Positions 54,833-63,165 of a stretch of DNA of 64,000 bases are shown piece after piece; the first letter of the stretch is position 1; every line of letters starts with the position of its first letter. The position numbers were made by a program, and so were the translations under genes. This DNA comes from Bacteroidales bacterium (lineage in GTDB: Bacteria > Bacteroidota > Bacteroidia > Bacteroidales > UBA1402). The stretch covers positions 33,762 to 97,761 of the forward strand of contig JAFUIP010000007.1 in assembly GCA_017468435.1 (NCBI GenBank), read 5' to 3'. The notes below the pieces were generated by a model. It had not been told where the DNA came from and did no database searches. It worked only from the letters and a program-made list of their open reading frames with translations.

Positions 54833-56095
54833 TTACAACCCGAAAGCGGTTTTTACTTTGTCGATGTAATCGAGTTTTTCCCAGGTGAAGAGTTCAACCT
54901 CGATGTCGAGATTGCCTTCGTAGCGCGAGCGGAAATGCTTGGTGATTTTCTGCGGTTCGCGTCCGAAGTGGCCGTAGGCAGCCGTTTCCGTGTAGATGGG
55001 CTTGCGCAATTGCAGACGCTCTTCGATAGCCTTGGGACGAAGGTCGAAAATTTCGGCCACTTTTTGGGCAATTTCACCGTCGCTCAGGGCAACATTCGAC
55101 TTGCCGTAAGTGTTCACGTAAATATTCACAGGCTCGGCCACGCCGATGGCATACGACACTTGGATAAGCATTTCGTCGGCCACGCCGGCAGCCACCATGT
55201 TCTTGGCAATATGACGGGCAGCGTAAGCAGCAGAGCGGTCCACTTTTGAAGGATCTTTTCCGGAGAATGCGCCACCACCGTGAGCACCTTTTCCACCATA
55301 AGTATCGACGATGATTTTGCGTCCGGTGAGGCCGCTATCGCCGTGAGGGCCGCCAATGACGAATTTGCCCGTGGGGTTTACCCATAAAATAAGGTTTTCG
55401 TCGAGCAAGGCTTTGAGGCGAGCATCGGCATTGAAAACGCGAGGCAGCAGAATATTCTTCACGTCGGCGTAAATTTGGTCGAGCATGGCCTTGTCGTCGG
55501 GCAGGAATTCGTCGTGCTGGGTAGAGATAACGATGGTATGAATGCGCAAAGGATTGCCATTATCGTCGTATTCCACAGTTACTTGCGACTTTGAGTCGGG
55601 ACGCAGGTAGGTCATTTCCTTGCCTTCGCGACGAATCTCGGCCAAGGCCAGCAACAGACGATGTGACAAATCGAGCGGCAGAGGCATATAGCTGTCGGTG
55701 TCTTTGCAAGCGTAGCCAAACATCATGCCTTGGTCGCCGGCGCCTTGGTTCATGGGGTCTTCCTGAGCAGCTCCGTCCACACCGCGGTTGATGTCTTCAG
55801 ATTGTTCGTGCAAGGCCGACAGAATGCCGCAAGACGAAGCATCGAACTGATATTCGCTTTTGGTGTAACCGATTTTGTTAATGATCTGACGTGCCACTTC
55901 TTGCACATCTACATAGGCCTTGGATTTCACTTCGCCCACTACCACCACTTGGCCGGTGGTGACCATGGTTTCGCAGGCGGTTTTAGATTGAGGATCGTAT
56001 GCCAGAAAACGATCGACGAGCGCGTCCGAGATCTGGTCTGCCACTTTGTCGGGATGTCCTTCCGACACTGATTCTGAGGTAAATAAATATCCCAT
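54833..56095 (-). CDS. metK: S-adenosylmethionine synthase
   Basis: '[13 protein letters not shown]', '[12 protein letters not shown]', '[17 protein letters not shown]' and 'SAAYAARH'. Confidence 0.95.
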   Translation of the reverse strand: MGYLFTSESVSEGHPDKVADQISDALVDRFLAYDPQSKTACETMVTTGQVVVVGEVKSKAYVDVQEVARQIINKIGYTKSEYQFDASSCGILSALHEQSEDINRGVDGAAQEDPMNQGAGDQGMMFGYACKDTDSYMPLPLDLSHRLLLALAEIRREGKEMTYLRPDSKSQVTVEYDDNGNPLRIHTIVISTQHDEFLPDDKAMLDQIYADVKNILLPRVFNADARLKALLDENLILWVNPTGKFVIGGPHGDSGLTGRKIIVDTYGGKGAHGGGAFSGKDPSKVDRSAAYAARHIAKNMVAAGVADEMLIQVSYAIGVAEPVNIYVNTYGKSNVALSDGEIAQKVAEIFDLRPKAIEERLQLRKPIYTETAAYGHFGREPQKITKHFRSRYEGNLDIEVELFTWEKLDYIDKVKTAFGL

Positions 56096-56221
56096 AACAA
56101 CATTTAATAATGGCCCGAAAGCCGGTAAAACATACGTTATAGGGAAGGGGAAAGTTTGCGTGAGTCTTTAGCATTTTTTTCACGTGGTTGCAAGCGTTCA
56201 AATCCTTCCACAAAAACGCGG

Positions 56222-56229
56222 CAAAATTA
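56222..56229 (-). promoter_or_regulatory. -7 promoter box (TAATTTTG on the minus strand) for metK
   Basis: Exact TAnnTTTG match. It implies a leader of about 115 nt before the ATG at 56095. Confidence 0.4.
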
Positions 56230-56242
56230 CAATAAAATTGTG

Positions 56243-56250
56243 TAACTTTG
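56243..56250 (+). promoter_or_regulatory. -7 promoter box (TAACTTTG) for the divergent methyltransferase gene
   Basis: Exact TAnnTTTG match, 26 nt before the ATG at 56276. Confidence 0.45.
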
Positions 56251-56275
56251 CGGCTTTCATGAAAAATTTTGGACG

Positions 56276-57157
56276 ATGGTAGTAGATTTCGGAAAAGATT
56301 ACGAATTGATTGACACCGGCGACTTCGAGAAATTGGAGCGTTTCGGGCCCTATGTGCTACGTCGTCCGGAGCCTCAGGCCGTGTGGAAAAAGGCTTTGCC
56401 CGAGCATCGTTGGCAAGCGGCAGATGCGTATTTCAAGCGCAGTTCGGCCAATGCAGCCGGCGAGGAACGTGGCCAATGGCAAAAGCGTGCTTCCATGCCC
56501 GACCAATGGTGGATCTCGTATCGTCCGCAAGATATGAATTTGCGTTTTCGCTTGGGAATGACTTCTTTCAAGCACGTGGGCATCTTTCCCGAACAGGCTT
56601 ACAACTGGGACTTTATCTACGAGAATCTGAAACAATATAAGGGAGCAGAGACGCCTAAGGTGCTGAATCTCTTTGCCTACACGGGCGGTGCTTCGCTCGC
56701 GGCTAAGGCTGCCGGCGCCGATGTGACCCATCTCGATGCCGTGAAACAAGTACTCAATTGGGCGCACGAAAACATGGAAGCTTCGTCTTTGGACAATATC
56801 CGCTGGATGCTCGAAGATGCTTTGCAATATGTGCGTCGTGAGGCCAAGCGCGGCAAACGTTATCAGGGTATTATCATGGATCCGCCTGCTTACGGACGTG
56901 GTCCCAAAGGCGAAAAGTGGATTTTGGAAGAAGGCATCGCGCCGCTCATGGAGGCTTGTTCGCAAATACTCGATCCGGAGCATGGTTTCCTTATTTTGAA
57001 TCTTTATTCCATGGGCTTTTCGCACTGGGTGGCCGACAATCTGATACGTTGTTATTTCCCGAATGCACAGGCACTTGAAAATGGCGATTTGAGTTTTGTC
57101 GATGCGGCCGGCCGGCGTCTTCCCCTGAGTGTCTATGCTCGTTTTGTCAATAAATAA
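56276..57157 (+). CDS. Class I SAM-dependent methyltransferase (RlmI/RlmK-like C-terminal domain architecture)
   Basis: 'VLNLFAYTGGASLAAKAAGA.VTHLDA' and 'IIMDPPAYGRGPKGEKW'. Confidence 0.65.
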   Translation: MVVDFGKDYELIDTGDFEKLERFGPYVLRRPEPQAVWKKALPEHRWQAADAYFKRSSANAAGEERGQWQKRASMPDQWWISYRPQDMNLRFRLGMTSFKHVGIFPEQAYNWDFIYENLKQYKGAETPKVLNLFAYTGGASLAAKAAGADVTHLDAVKQVLNWAHENMEASSLDNIRWMLEDALQYVRREAKRGKRYQGIIMDPPAYGRGPKGEKWILEEGIAPLMEACSQILDPEHGFLILNLYSMGFSHWVADNLIRCYFPNAQALENGDLSFVDAAGRRLPLSVYARFVNK

Positions 57158-57169
57158 ACATCGAATAAT

Positions 57170-58327
57170 ATGAAAAAATTACTTTTTGCTTGCTCTTTGT
57201 TGGTGATGCTGACGGCTTGTCAGGAACGTTTCAGCGTGGAAGGCCGCGTGGACAATGCAGAGAAACAGACCCTCTATTTTGAATGGCAATCTTTGGAAGG
57301 CAATCAGTTGCTCGATTCTGCTGTGTTGAAGGCCGATGGCAAGTTTTCGTTCAAGGAAAAAATGCCCGCCAATCCTGAGTTTTATCGCCTGCGAATGGGC
57401 ACGCAGTCTATTCCATTGGCAGTGGATTCGCTCTGTCATATCGTGGTGACCACCGATTCGGCCACTTTCAATACCGGCTATGGCGTGGAAGGTTCTGTGC
57501 AGAGCCAATATCTGCGCGAGCTCTCTCTTTTGCAAAAGCAAACTTTGGCCGCTTTCGATTCTATCGATGCTATGTGGGTTTCCGGTAAACTGAAAAGAGA
57601 CGATTACATGGACAAAATGCTTGCCTGCGTGCGCTCATACAAGGATAAGGCTACCGATTATATTTATCGCGATCCCAAGTCTCCTTCCGCTTATTTCGCT
57701 TTGTATCAGCGTCTTCATCGTTATCTTATTTTCAATCCGAATGATAAGGACGATAGTAAGTTGTTTGCCGCCGTGGCCACTTCTTGGGAAATGTTCTATC
57801 CGGAGTCTAAACGTACGCAAAACCTTAAGCAACTGACACTTTCTGGCATCAACGAAGTGCGCAGACAACGCGAAGCTGAACAGACTTCCGTGGAAGACAT
57901 CAAGGTGACGGAAATCGAATTTATGCCGTATTTCAACATTAAATTGCCCAATATTTTTGGTGAGCAACAAGAACTTTCTTCATTGGAAGGCAAGGTGATA
58001 TTGCTCGATTTTACGGCCTATCAGACTGAGTATTCAGCCGAAAGAACCTTGGCCATGCGCGAACTCTACAGACAATTCGAAGGTCGTGGTTTCGAGATTT
58101 TCCAAGTCTCGCTCGATACCGATGAGCATTTCTGGAAAACTTCTGCGCTGAATTTGCCCTGGGTTTGTGTGCGCGATGCCAAGAGCCTGACTTCGCCGTA
58201 TTTGCGTATGTACAACGTAACGAATATTCCCACTTTCTTCCTTATCGACAAGGATGGCCACTTGGTGGCTCGCGACGAAACCATCGAGGATTTGGGAAAA
58301 GAAATTGTACGATTGTTGAAAAAGTAA
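57170..58327 (+). CDS. TlpA/AhpC-TSA-like thioredoxin-fold lipoprotein with an N-terminal beta-domain
   Basis: Lipobox 'LTAC' and a C-terminal thioredoxin-like region, 'GKVILLDFTAY....FEIFQVSLD...W' and 'YNVTNIPTFFLIDKDGHL'. No CxxC is visible, so it may be redox-inactive. Confidence 0.6.
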   Translation: MKKLLFACSLLVMLTACQERFSVEGRVDNAEKQTLYFEWQSLEGNQLLDSAVLKADGKFSFKEKMPANPEFYRLRMGTQSIPLAVDSLCHIVVTTDSATFNTGYGVEGSVQSQYLRELSLLQKQTLAAFDSIDAMWVSGKLKRDDYMDKMLACVRSYKDKATDYIYRDPKSPSAYFALYQRLHRYLIFNPNDKDDSKLFAAVATSWEMFYPESKRTQNLKQLTLSGINEVRRQREAEQTSVEDIKVTEIEFMPYFNIKLPNIFGEQQELSSLEGKVILLDFTAYQTEYSAERTLAMRELYRQFEGRGFEIFQVSLDTDEHFWKTSALNLPWVCVRDAKSLTSPYLRMYNVTNIPTFFLIDKDGHLVARDETIEDLGKEIVRLLKK

Positions 58328-58388
58328 ATTCTTCGCGGCTCGAGCTAAAAAATTTCGTTTGAAAGTTTTTTATACTCAAAAGTTTAAC

Positions 58389-58396
58389 TACTTTTG
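58389..58396 (+). promoter_or_regulatory. -7 promoter box (TACTTTTG) in the greA upstream region
   Basis: Exact TAnnTTTG match within the 16-mer ACTACTTTTGCCTGCG, shared with the tRNA(CAT) promoter. Confidence 0.45.
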
Positions 58397-58419
58397 CCTG
58401 CGTATGACAAATAATTGTT

Positions 58420-58457
58420 CCGACCGGTGCTCGCCGGCCGGGATTCTTTTTCTGTTT
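58420..58457 (+). terminator. Terminator-like hairpin between that promoter and greA
   Basis: CCGACCGG-TGCTCG-CCGGCCGG (one mismatch) followed by GATTCTTTTTCTGTTTG. Confidence 0.5.
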
Positions 58458-58497
58458 GTTATAAAATTGCATTAACATTATTTAAAAGATTAATAAT

Positions 58498-58971
58498 ATG
58501 GCTATCAATTACATGACCGAAGCTGGTTACAAAAAATTGCAAGAGGAAATCGAATTCCTCGAAACGGTAAAACGTCCGGAAGTGGCGCATCAGATTTCGG
58601 AAGCTCGCGAAAAGGGCGACTTGTCTGAAAATGCTGAATATGACGCTGCTAAGGAAGCTCAAGGTATGCTCGAACTGAAAATTGCTCAACTGAAAGAATT
58701 GGTGATAAATGCCCGCATTCTCGATCCTAGTAAGGTGGATACCAGCACGGTACAGATTCTTACCAAGGTACATTTGCTCAATGTGAAGAACAATCAGGAA
58801 ATCGCTTATACCATCGTTCCCGAAACCGAAGCCAATTTGCGCGAAAAGAAAATTTCTGTGGGCTCTCCTATTGCCAAAGGTCTTTTGGGCCACAAGGTGG
58901 GCGAAACGGTTGACGTAACGGTGCCCGCAGGCGTGCTTACTTTCACTATCAAGAATATCACCATCGACTAA
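58498..58971 (+). CDS. greA: Transcription elongation factor GreA
   Basis: 'MTEAGYKKLQEEIEFLE...RPEVAHQISEAREKGDLSENAEYDAAKE' and 'ISVGSPIAKGLLGHKVGE'. Confidence 0.95.
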   Translation: MAINYMTEAGYKKLQEEIEFLETVKRPEVAHQISEAREKGDLSENAEYDAAKEAQGMLELKIAQLKELVINARILDPSKVDTSTVQILTKVHLLNVKNNQEIAYTIVPETEANLREKKISVGSPIAKGLLGHKVGETVDVTVPAGVLTFTIKNITID

Positions 58972-58982
58972 TCAGCATTACT

Positions 58983-59375
58983 ATGGCAAGCATTTTTTCA
59001 CGTATTATCGCAGGCGAAATTCCCTGTTACAAGATTGCAGAAAACGATCGTTTCTTTGCCTTTTTGGATATCAATCCCTTGCAGGAAGGTCATACTTTGG
59101 TCATTCCCAAGGAAGAACAAGATTATCTTTTCGACTACGATGACAAGACGATAGCCGATATTATGGTGTTTGCCAAGCAGATTGCTAAAGCCTTGAAAAG
59201 CAGTATCGATTGTCAGCGCGTGGCTGTGGCTGTTCTGGGTATGGAAGTGCCTCATGCTCACATTCATCTGGTGCCGATCAATACGGAAAAAGATATTCTG
59301 ATGGGTAATCCGAGAAAGCAGTTTACGCCCGAACAGATGCAGGCAATTGCCGAGAAAATCAGAAAGGCTTTGTAA
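58983..59375 (+). CDS. HIT-family (histidine triad) protein
   Basis: 'IFSRIIAGEIP', 'FLDINPLQEGHTLVIPK' and the triad 'HAHIHLVP'. Confidence 0.9.
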   Translation: MASIFSRIIAGEIPCYKIAENDRFFAFLDINPLQEGHTLVIPKEEQDYLFDYDDKTIADIMVFAKQIAKALKSSIDCQRVAVAVLGMEVPHAHIHLVPINTEKDILMGNPRKQFTPEQMQAIAEKIRKAL

Positions 59376-59419
59376 GATGTCCGTATCATTTGGCGGGCGC
59401 CCGAGTTTTTAGAAAGATT

Positions 59420-60238
59420 TCAGGAAAGTTTCTGCAAGCCGTTTCGGCAAACGAGTCGTCCGGCTTTTCTTTCTTGTTCAAAGATATTGGCATTGACACT
59501 TTGGTCGTGCCAATTTTCTTTATGCCATAAGTGGTACTGAATGGCCAAACTTCTGAGCGAGCGAAGTTTGTAGCCCATGCCTTGTAAGCGCCATTGTAAG
59601 TCGATGTCTTCGCCTATGGCCGGCAACTGATAGTCTTCGTTGAATCCATTGATGGCTTCCAAGGCCTTTTTCGACATGGACATATTGGCGCCCACCAAGT
59701 GATGAACCTTCCTTATTTTGGGAATCCATGCCCATAATCCTTTGGGCGACAAGAAGAAAGCTTCCTCCAAGAATCGCTCCTGACGGTTGTTGTGAAACAG
59801 GGCCAAGCCAAATATCTTTTTGGATAATTTTGGCAACACATCTTTGGGGTTTGCCATGAGTTCTTCGCTCTGTTTCTGACAGAGTTTCACGCGCTTACCT
59901 CCCAAAAATACGCCTTCCTTTGCGTAACGGCGATGCATTTCCACAAATCTTGGATGCGGCACGCTGTCGCCATCGATAAAGATAAGCCAATCGCCTTTGG
60001 CTGCGCGGATGGCCGCATTCAAAGCTCTGTTTTTTCGCCAACCAAGATCAGGCTGCGTCAGGTGTTGGTAGGCTTGTTCGAAAGGGTAGGACGCAATGAA
60101 ATCGGCCATGGCAGGGTCTTCTCCGTCTTCCGAAATGACGATGTCAAAATTCCGGTAACTTTGCAGTTTGAGCGCATCCAGTATGGTTTTCAAGGCCGGA
60201 ATATTCTTATAGACAGATATGATGAGTGAGATTTTCAT
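59420..60238 (-). CDS. Family-2 glycosyltransferase
   Basis: 'ISLIISVYKN', 'FDIVISEDGED', 'WLIFIDGDSVP'. The start at MKISLII forms an ATGA overlap with the upstream stop codon. Confidence 0.75.
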   Translation of the reverse strand: MKISLIISVYKNIPALKTILDALKLQSYRNFDIVISEDGEDPAMADFIASYPFEQAYQHLTQPDLGWRKNRALNAAIRAAKGDWLIFIDGDSVPHPRFVEMHRRYAKEGVFLGGKRVKLCQKQSEELMANPKDVLPKLSKKIFGLALFHNNRQERFLEEAFFLSPKGLWAWIPKIRKVHHLVGANMSMSKKALEAINGFNEDYQLPAIGEDIDLQWRLQGMGYKLRSLRSLAIQYHLWHKENWHDQSVNANIFEQERKAGRLVCRNGLQKLS

Positions 60239-61866
60239 TTGCGCGAGTGGCTCAAGTGATTGTAGTGCAAGATCTTTTCGGTGCAAATGCCAGTGTCGAG
60301 GCCGCGTGCTTGCGCATAAGCCTGAGCCATGATGCGCAATTTGTCGTCGCTCACGTGGAAGCGGTCGAAGTTGGCGCAGGCCTGCTCGAGCGAAACTTTG
60401 CCGAAGCGCATGCGGTTCAAATCGAGCAATTCTAATTCGCAAGTCGCTTCTTCGCTTATGCGAGTTTCCATTTCCGAGAATCGGCTTTCGTTCGTGAAAC
60501 TCACTAAAATATTGCCACCGGAATAATCTTTGTGGTAAATACCTGCTTCGTGCAGTCGTGCCGTCAAAGCGCCGACAGCCTTCAGAAAGATTTCTTGTTG
60601 CTTGGCATCGAGTTTGTCAATGTCTTTGAAATGAATCGTTTTTTGCGAAGCTTCGCAGACATAATAACTCTTGTCGAAACAAAGTCCGCAGCGTTCTTGG
60701 TAAAACGCCACCGGACGAGGCGTCAGAATGCCGAGACGAAGCAATTTGTCGGCGTATTCGTATGAGCGTTCAGCCTTAGATTTGCGCAGGAATCCGTAGA
60801 TGATGCGGTTCACCCAATTGGGCTTTCGGAAAGATTTTACCACGTAGCTGTTTCCGTCTATCTCGAAGCTTCTCAGTTCGTTACGACCTTTGTAAATGAC
60901 ATTGCCTTTGTTGTATTTGAATTGCCGGGGCAAGCTTTTGACGAAAAATGCCAAGTGCTCTGCCTTCTCTTTGTTGAGCGAATCAGCGGGCGAGGCATCG
61001 GAAACGGTGGCAGGCGCGGCATCGGAAACGACAGCAGTTGCGGCATCGGAAACGGCGGTAGGCACGGCATCGGGATGTATGCGCCACTTGCGCGGATGCA
61101 GGCAACGATGACAAATATTCAGGAACTTCGACCACGAACGATGATAATGAAGCGGGCCGCCCAATTGGGCTTCGTAAAATTCGGGATGAAGTTCGTTCAG
61201 TTCTTCAATGAGTTTGTGTTTGCGGCTTTGTGTAGCCCTGCGCTTGGAATTGGCATGCACACGATAATAGAAACCCAGCATTGGCAGACGATAAAAGCCT
61301 CCTTTTCCGTTTTTGAACATGGAAATCCAGAAGGCCCAATCCTCGCGACCTTTGATATGTTCGGCATATCCACCGCAAGCTTCCCAATCGCTTTTGCGAT
61401 ACATGGCACAGTTGTCGATCATGTTCTTACGCGCCAGCATGGGCAGGCTGAAAGGCGCAAAATGCATGGGACCCGATTTGTCGCCGCAGTATTCCACCTC
61501 GCAACTCACCACTTTCACTTCGGGATGCGCGTCTAAGTACTCGGCCGCCGCTCTGATATAGCCCAGCGTGATATTATTGTCGGCATCTACAGGCAGGATG
61601 TAAGGGCCTTGCGCCAAACGAATGGCGTGGTTGCGTGCAGCAGAGGCTCCGGCATTGGCTTGCGAAAACACTTTGATTCGTTCGTCCTTTTCGGCAAATG
61701 TGCGGGCAATGTGTAAAGACTCATCTTTCGAACCATCGTCCATCAAGATGATGTCGAAGTTTTCGTAGTCGGAGGCCAAAACGGAAGTGATGGTCTCGGC
61801 TAAGTAGCGTTCCATATTGTAAATGGGCACCACCACGGAAACATGTGTAGGATAAGTCTTTGCCAT
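60235..61866 (-). CDS. Fusion protein: family-2 glycosyltransferase plus lipopolysaccharide-kinase (Kdo/WaaP-like) domain
   Basis: N-terminal part: 'VSVVVPIYNMERYL', 'FDIILMDDGSKD', 'ILPVDADN'. C-terminal part: 'VVKSFRKPNWVNRIIYGFLRKSKAERSYEYADKLLRLGILTPRPVAF' and 'GIYHKDYSGGNILV', 'LLDLNRMRF'. A repetitive linker joins the two. Confidence 0.65.
   Translation of the reverse strand: MAKTYPTHVSVVVPIYNMERYLAETITSVLASDYENFDIILMDDGSKDESLHIARTFAEKDERIKVFSQANAGASAARNHAIRLAQGPYILPVDADNNITLGYIRAAAEYLDAHPEVKVVSCEVEYCGDKSGPMHFAPFSLPMLARKNMIDNCAMYRKSDWEACGGYAEHIKGREDWAFWISMFKNGKGGFYRLPMLGFYYRVHANSKRRATQSRKHKLIEELNELHPEFYEAQLGGPLHYHRSWSKFLNICHRCLHPRKWRIHPDAVPTAVSDAATAVVSDAAPATVSDASPADSLNKEKAEHLAFFVKSLPRQFKYNKGNVIYKGRNELRSFEIDGNSYVVKSFRKPNWVNRIIYGFLRKSKAERSYEYADKLLRLGILTPRPVAFYQERCGLCFDKSYYVCEASQKTIHFKDIDKLDAKQQEIFLKAVGALTARLHEAGIYHKDYSGGNILVSFTNESRFSEMETRISEEATCELELLDLNRMRFGKVSLEQACANFDRFHVSDDKLRIMAQAYAQARGLDTGICTEKILHYNHLSHSRK
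60994..61074 (-). repeat. 24-bp in-frame tandem repeat (about 3.4 copies) encoding the inter-domain linker (..AVSDAA..)
   Basis: GGCATCGGAAACG... recurs at 60994, 61018, 61042 and 61066 on the + strand. Confidence 0.85.
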
Positions 61867-61869
61867 GAT

Positions 61870-62586
61870 TTAAATTTTATCGAGACCTTTGGTGAATTTC
61901 AACCAATAATATTTGATAGGATTCGTGTATTTCAACTGCTTCCAGGGACGGCTTCCGTGAGGCGTGTGCAGCACGGCATTGTCGCTCATCAGGTAGTTTT
62001 TGAAGCCCATGGCGCAAGATTGATGCGAAATGAAAACGTCGTACCAATTCTTTTCCGGATTCAGTTGATGAAAATCGTAAGCCGAAAGGAATTCGTTGGT
62101 AATGAGCGTGCAGCAGAAACTCAGTCGCTTGTTGGTGGGCTGAGAAATCAGCGGCAATTTTTGTGCGTATAGGTAGGGGAAATTGATCGCCCCTTCTTTA
62201 TCGACGGTGACGGCGGCCACCATGCCGGCTTTGTCGTGAGCCTTGGCATAATCGTACATTTTTTGCAGGGTATCGCTTTTCACTTCAACGTCCGACTCAA
62301 TGAGTATCAGCACGGCTCCTTCGGCCAAGGCCTGTTGCTGTGCGGTTTGCAAAGTGAGCAGGTAGTTGGGCGAAGGTTTGTCGGTAAGATCTTTGATATG
62401 AATGAGTTGGAATCCGTATTCAGTGGAAAGTTCGCTCAATATGGCGCTGTTCTCTTCGCTACTGTTGTCGTTGAAGATGGTGTAACGGAAAGGAACGTCC
62501 AACTGCGATTGCATCACCGAAGCAATGGTGCGACGCGTGGTCTCGATGGAATCTTTCACCGGTGTGACAATGTGGATGGCTGCCAT
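61870..62586 (-). CDS. Probable glycosyltransferase (GT2-like fold)
   Basis: 'IHIVTPVKDS', 'YTIFNDNSSEEN' and 'LILIESDVEV' fit a Rossmann-type GT-A with a DxD-like motif. The assignment is weak. Confidence 0.45.
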   Translation of the reverse strand: MAAIHIVTPVKDSIETTRRTIASVMQSQLDVPFRYTIFNDNSSEENSAILSELSTEYGFQLIHIKDLTDKPSPNYLLTLQTAQQQALAEGAVLILIESDVEVKSDTLQKMYDYAKAHDKAGMVAAVTVDKEGAINFPYLYAQKLPLISQPTNKRLSFCCTLITNEFLSAYDFHQLNPEKNWYDVFISHQSCAMGFKNYLMSDNAVLHTPHGSRPWKQLKYTNPIKYYWLKFTKGLDKI

Positions 62587-62588
62587 GA

Positions 62589-63158
62589 TTATAATGTTTT
62601 GAAGCTGTAACCTTCAGATAAACAATGTTCTATATATTTCGGAAGTGCGTATTGCATATTCCTTTGCGCTTTCAGAGAGTCGTGGAAAACGATGATGCTT
62701 CCCCCGCGGGTATATCGGATGGCCGTCTTCAGCACTTTCTCCGGACTACGTTTGCGATTGTAATCGTGCGGCACCACGTCCCAAAGTACAATGCGGTATC
62801 GTTGGCGAAGTTTTCTCAGTTGCGCGCAACGCATGATGCCGTGCGGCGGACGAAACAAATCGCTCTTGATGAGCCGGGCTGCCTTTTCCACGTTTTCCAC
62901 ATACGAATCGCTATGGGTGTGAATGCCTTGCAGATGGTTGTAGGAATGATTGCCCGTTTTGTGTCCGCGACGCAAAAGCTCTTGATAAATGTCGGGATGC
63001 TTATAGACATTCTCGCCCACACAGAAAAAAGTTGCCTTAATCTGGTACTTATCGAGGAGGTCCAACACCCAAGGCGTAACCTCAGGTATCGGACCATCGT
63101 CGAATGTAAGATAAATCGTCTTCTCTTTGTGTGTAAAACGCCATCTGATGCCTAACAT
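62589..63158 (-). CDS. Polysaccharide deacetylase (NodB/CE4 family)
   Basis: 'YLTFDDGP', 'KATFFCVGENV', 'GHKTGNHSYNH' and 'LFRPPHG'. Confidence 0.85.
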   Translation of the reverse strand: MLGIRWRFTHKEKTIYLTFDDGPIPEVTPWVLDLLDKYQIKATFFCVGENVYKHPDIYQELLRRGHKTGNHSYNHLQGIHTHSDSYVENVEKAARLIKSDLFRPPHGIMRCAQLRKLRQRYRIVLWDVVPHDYNRKRSPEKVLKTAIRYTRGGSIIVFHDSLKAQRNMQYALPKYIEHCLSEGYSFKTL

Positions 63159-63165
63159 AGCGCTC

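Noticed and set aside
59404-59420. The perfect 10-nt palindrome CGGGCGCCCG followed by T5, considered as a terminator between the HIT gene and the glycosyltransferase operon.
   Set aside because: A 10-nt palindrome can form only a 3-4 bp stem with a minimal loop, which is too weak to call confidently. It is noted but not annotated.
60239-60442. N-terminal extensions suggested by the ORF track for several genes. Examples: GT2 59420..60442; also 14953..15123 before ileS, 36794..36922 before the C26-M19 gene, 2754..2819 before recG and 21458..21538 before the BamA-like gene.
   Set aside because: The extensions overlap neighbouring genes or promoter boxes and lack family-typical sequence. Internal ATGs give canonical N-termini (signal peptides, a GT2 'ISLIISVYKN' start, MSKKFAEY for IleS).
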